DNA from: Hormoscilla sp.
GTDB taxonomy: Bacteria > Cyanobacteriota > Cyanobacteriia > Cyanobacteriales > Desertifilaceae
Length of the DNA stretch: 30,127 bases
Direction of reading: 5' to 3'
NCBI GenBank assembly: GCA_051439505.1
Contig: JBFRWI010000071.1
Coordinates: forward strand, 1-30,127
Part shown: one piece after another, positions 27,903-30,127 of the stretch
How positions within the stretch are numbered: position 1 is the stretch's first letter
How the letters are laid out: every line of letters starts with the position of its first letter
Notes under the pieces: model-generated
What the model was told of the DNA's origin: nothing
What the model saw: only the letters and a program-made list of their open reading frames with translations
Databases searched by the model: none
Position numbers and translations under genes: made by a program

Positions 27903-28640
27903 AATTCTTGTTCTCTATTCAATCTTGTCCGGTCAATAAATCGGTCTGTCCATCGGTTACTCTCACGGCCTATTCCCCAACTTTAACCCTATTTTCTCTG
28001 TACTGTCAACACCCGTAGCATCCCGTAGCGAAACCCCACCGACAAGTTATACCCGATCGGGGCACAAGCAGGCGATATGAGTGCGATCGCATCTGGCCAG
28101 TTGATTGCCGATCGCCTTTTGTAAGGGCACGGCGGTACAATTTCTCATCATCACCGATAATCTGCGCTCTGCTGTGCCCTTACATAACATTTCCCCTGCC
28201 TTTGTAATCCCGACGCACTTCTCAGGTCAGGACGTTCTGAATCACGTTATCATCGACTATCATATTCATGACAGTAGTGAAACTGTCAGCGCTGTTAGTG
28301 CTGACACCAGGTAAATTCACAGCATTCTCAGCAGTTCCCAGTGCTGTTAAGTTGTTTAAGGGATCTGAGCGATCGAGCAAATCTATCGCTTCAGTGGTTA
28401 AGCTATTGCCCATGTCTACAAAACCTTTCGCCAGCGGAGCAAATCTCCCTTGTCCGTGACCTTTCCCTACTTATTTTTATACGTTAGAGTTACGACCAAC
28501 TTTTTATGGAAATGCTTTAGTTTTCCTTAACAATTGATAATCTATGAAGACTCCTCCAGACTCCAGTAGGTAGTATAGTATACTCCGAAGGGTCCGGAAC
28601 GGCGATGGGCAAGGGCTCCCATGCGCATCACTTCCCCCTC

Positions 28641-28862
28641 GCGACCAGACCAGAAACCGGGTTTCTGCGGCAGATTTTCCCATCACCACCAAGATATTCA
28701 AAGAAACCCGGTTTCTCAGCTTCCACCCGATCGCCCCCCCGATCGCGACCAGACCAGAAACCGGGTTTCTACGGTAGATTTTCCCATCCCCACCAAGATA
28801 TTCAAAGAAACCCGGTTTCTCAGGTCCCGCCCGATCGCCCCCCTCGCGACCAGACCAGAAAA
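28641..28862. repeat. Two tandem ~100-105-bp AGAAACCGGGTTTCT REPIN units plus a partial third
   Basis: CGCGACCAGACCAGAAA occurs three times; CACCAAGATATTCAAAGAAACCCGGTTTCTCAG occurs twice. Confidence 0.88.
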
Positions 28863-28973
28863 AATCGCAAGTCTATCCCATTCCAGGTATATTATCTCCT
28901 CCATATCCTCGATGGGATTCTATTTTGGGAGACTGGCAATTTTAGCCTCGATTTTAGACCAGAGGTTACTTGT

Positions 28974-29031
28974 GGGTGTGGTCAAAACCCGTCGATCTAA
29001 CAATGACTATCAACTACTTGTGACCACACCC
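28974..29031. mobile_element. Minimal (58-bp, cargo-less) GGGTGTGGTC-TIR element
   Basis: GGGTGTGGTCAAAACCCG...CAACTACTTGTGACCACACCC; no matching TSD. Confidence 0.75.
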
Positions 29032-29043
29032 CACTCCGCCCGG

Positions 29044-29436
29044 GTCGGATAGTCTGACCGCCTTGGTCGGATAGTCTGACCGCCTTGGTCGGATAGTCTG
29101 ACCGCCTTGGTCGGATAGTCTGACCGCCTTGGTCGGATAGTCTGACCGCCTTGGTCCGATGGTCTCCCCGCCGCAGTCCGAGGGTGTCCCCGCCGCAGTC
29201 CGAGGGTGTCCCCGCCGCAGTCCGAGGGTGTCCCCGCCGCAGTCCGAGGGTGTCCCCGCCGCAGTCCGAGGGTGTCCCCGCCGCAGTCCGATGGTCTGAC
29301 CGCCTTGGTCGGATAGTCTGACCGCCTTGGTCGGATAGTCTGACCGCCTTGGTCGGATAGTCTGACCGCCTTGGTCGGATGGTCTCCCTGCCCTGGTCCG
29401 AACTCCGAACTCCGAACTCCGAACTCCGAACTCCGA
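29044..29436. repeat. Compound minisatellite: 16 x 22-bp units of two variant types, then a CCGAACT heptamer run
   Basis: A=GTCGGATAGTCTGACCGCCTTG, B=GTCCGAGGGTGTCCCCGCCGCA; order A5, hybrid, B5, hybrid, A3, hybrid. Confidence 0.95.
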
Positions 29437-29761
29437 TGATGCCCCGACCCAGGTGCCGGTAGCACAGTTCCTCCACCCGTTGCAACCGGTGACGACAAAG
29501 GCTCTCAGGGGAGCCAAAGCCTAATCCACGTGCCAAGCCTTCTGGCGTAAATTATGACATAAATCGACATATATCATGTCATAAGCACCCCGCGAGGGAT
29601 TCCTGTCAATATATGACATATTTTTTTGCTCCTTAGCTGAGCCCCTACAGCAGGACTTAGGACACGTACTCCTACGAGTTGCAACCGGCGACGGAAAAGG
29701 CCATAACGGGAACCAAAGCCCGAGACAGGGGGGCCTATCGGTGAGCCGAGAGGGCCCATAA

Positions 29762-29787
29762 ACGATCAACGGGTTTTGACCACACCC
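29762..29787 (-). mobile_element. Solo GGGTGTGGTC-TIR end
   Basis: CAACGGGTTTTGACCACACCC is the reverse complement of 10749-10769. Confidence 0.75.
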
Positions 29788-30127
29788 TCAATCACCGGCT
29801 GTACTCGCAAGCCGAGACCGACACCGATCTCCTTTAAAAATCCCCAAACTGCATAAAGCCCCCGCTCCCAAGCATCCCATTAAATACCAATTTATTAAAG
29901 TTGTCAGAGAGAAAAAATGGCCACACTTTCGTCCCTCTCGTTCCCAGGTTCTACCTGGGAACGGTCTTCGGAGGCTCCCGCCTCCAGGAGTGCCTGTTTA
30001 AGTGCTGCGTTTAACCCTCACAAATCTAACAAGTAGAATTGTGCAAGTATAACATCCGCATCTTTCGACACAGAAGGCCGCAGCCAGCAAAGCTCGCTGG
30101 CTCGCAGAGCCGCGAGCGCTTATAGTT

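Noticed and set aside
28222..28960. Possible gene remnants on the minus strand (MGNSLTTEAID...; MEEIIYLEWDRL...)
   Set aside because: Protein-like but fragmentary and interrupted by REPINs and stops; no family motif could be recognised
28997..29536. Three overlapping minus-strand ORFs of 160-180 aa
   Set aside because: Artefact of stop-free 22-bp and 7-bp tandem repeats, which are open in all three frames
30080..30118. Two small hairpins at the window end as an ncRNA
   Set aside because: Too short and lacking downstream context to support a call

Overview
Cyanobacterial DNA, judged by very dense HIP1 octamers (GCGATCGC) and the conserved der-ecfT-pipX-pipY-sepF-proC block; the heavy repeat load suggests a large-genome filamentous lineage (inference). 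Conserved genes (GIY-YIG protein, GH116, Met-zincin protease, TMEM14, FHA/TPS exoprotein, TPR protein, der cluster) are separated by intergenic tracts full of REP/REPIN palindromes, MITEs (two with visible 9-bp TSDs), AATTCAA heptamer arrays and minisatellites. The best leads are: (1) an Rpn-like nuclease gene followed by an intact stand-alone copy of its C-terminal module that starts at the equivalent internal Met (possible orphan antitoxin); (2) an Avd-like four-helix-bundle gene bracketed by inverted heptamer arrays and abutting a 5'-truncated reverse transcriptase; (3) a non-coding ~86-bp-period array with conserved hairpin boxes and variable segments; (4) a sigma factor whose C-terminal half is built from in-frame copies of a dispersed repeat; (5) small secreted Cys-containing proteins behind long structured leaders. 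No CRISPR array, rRNA or tRNA was recognised. All family calls come from reading motifs; no database search was run.
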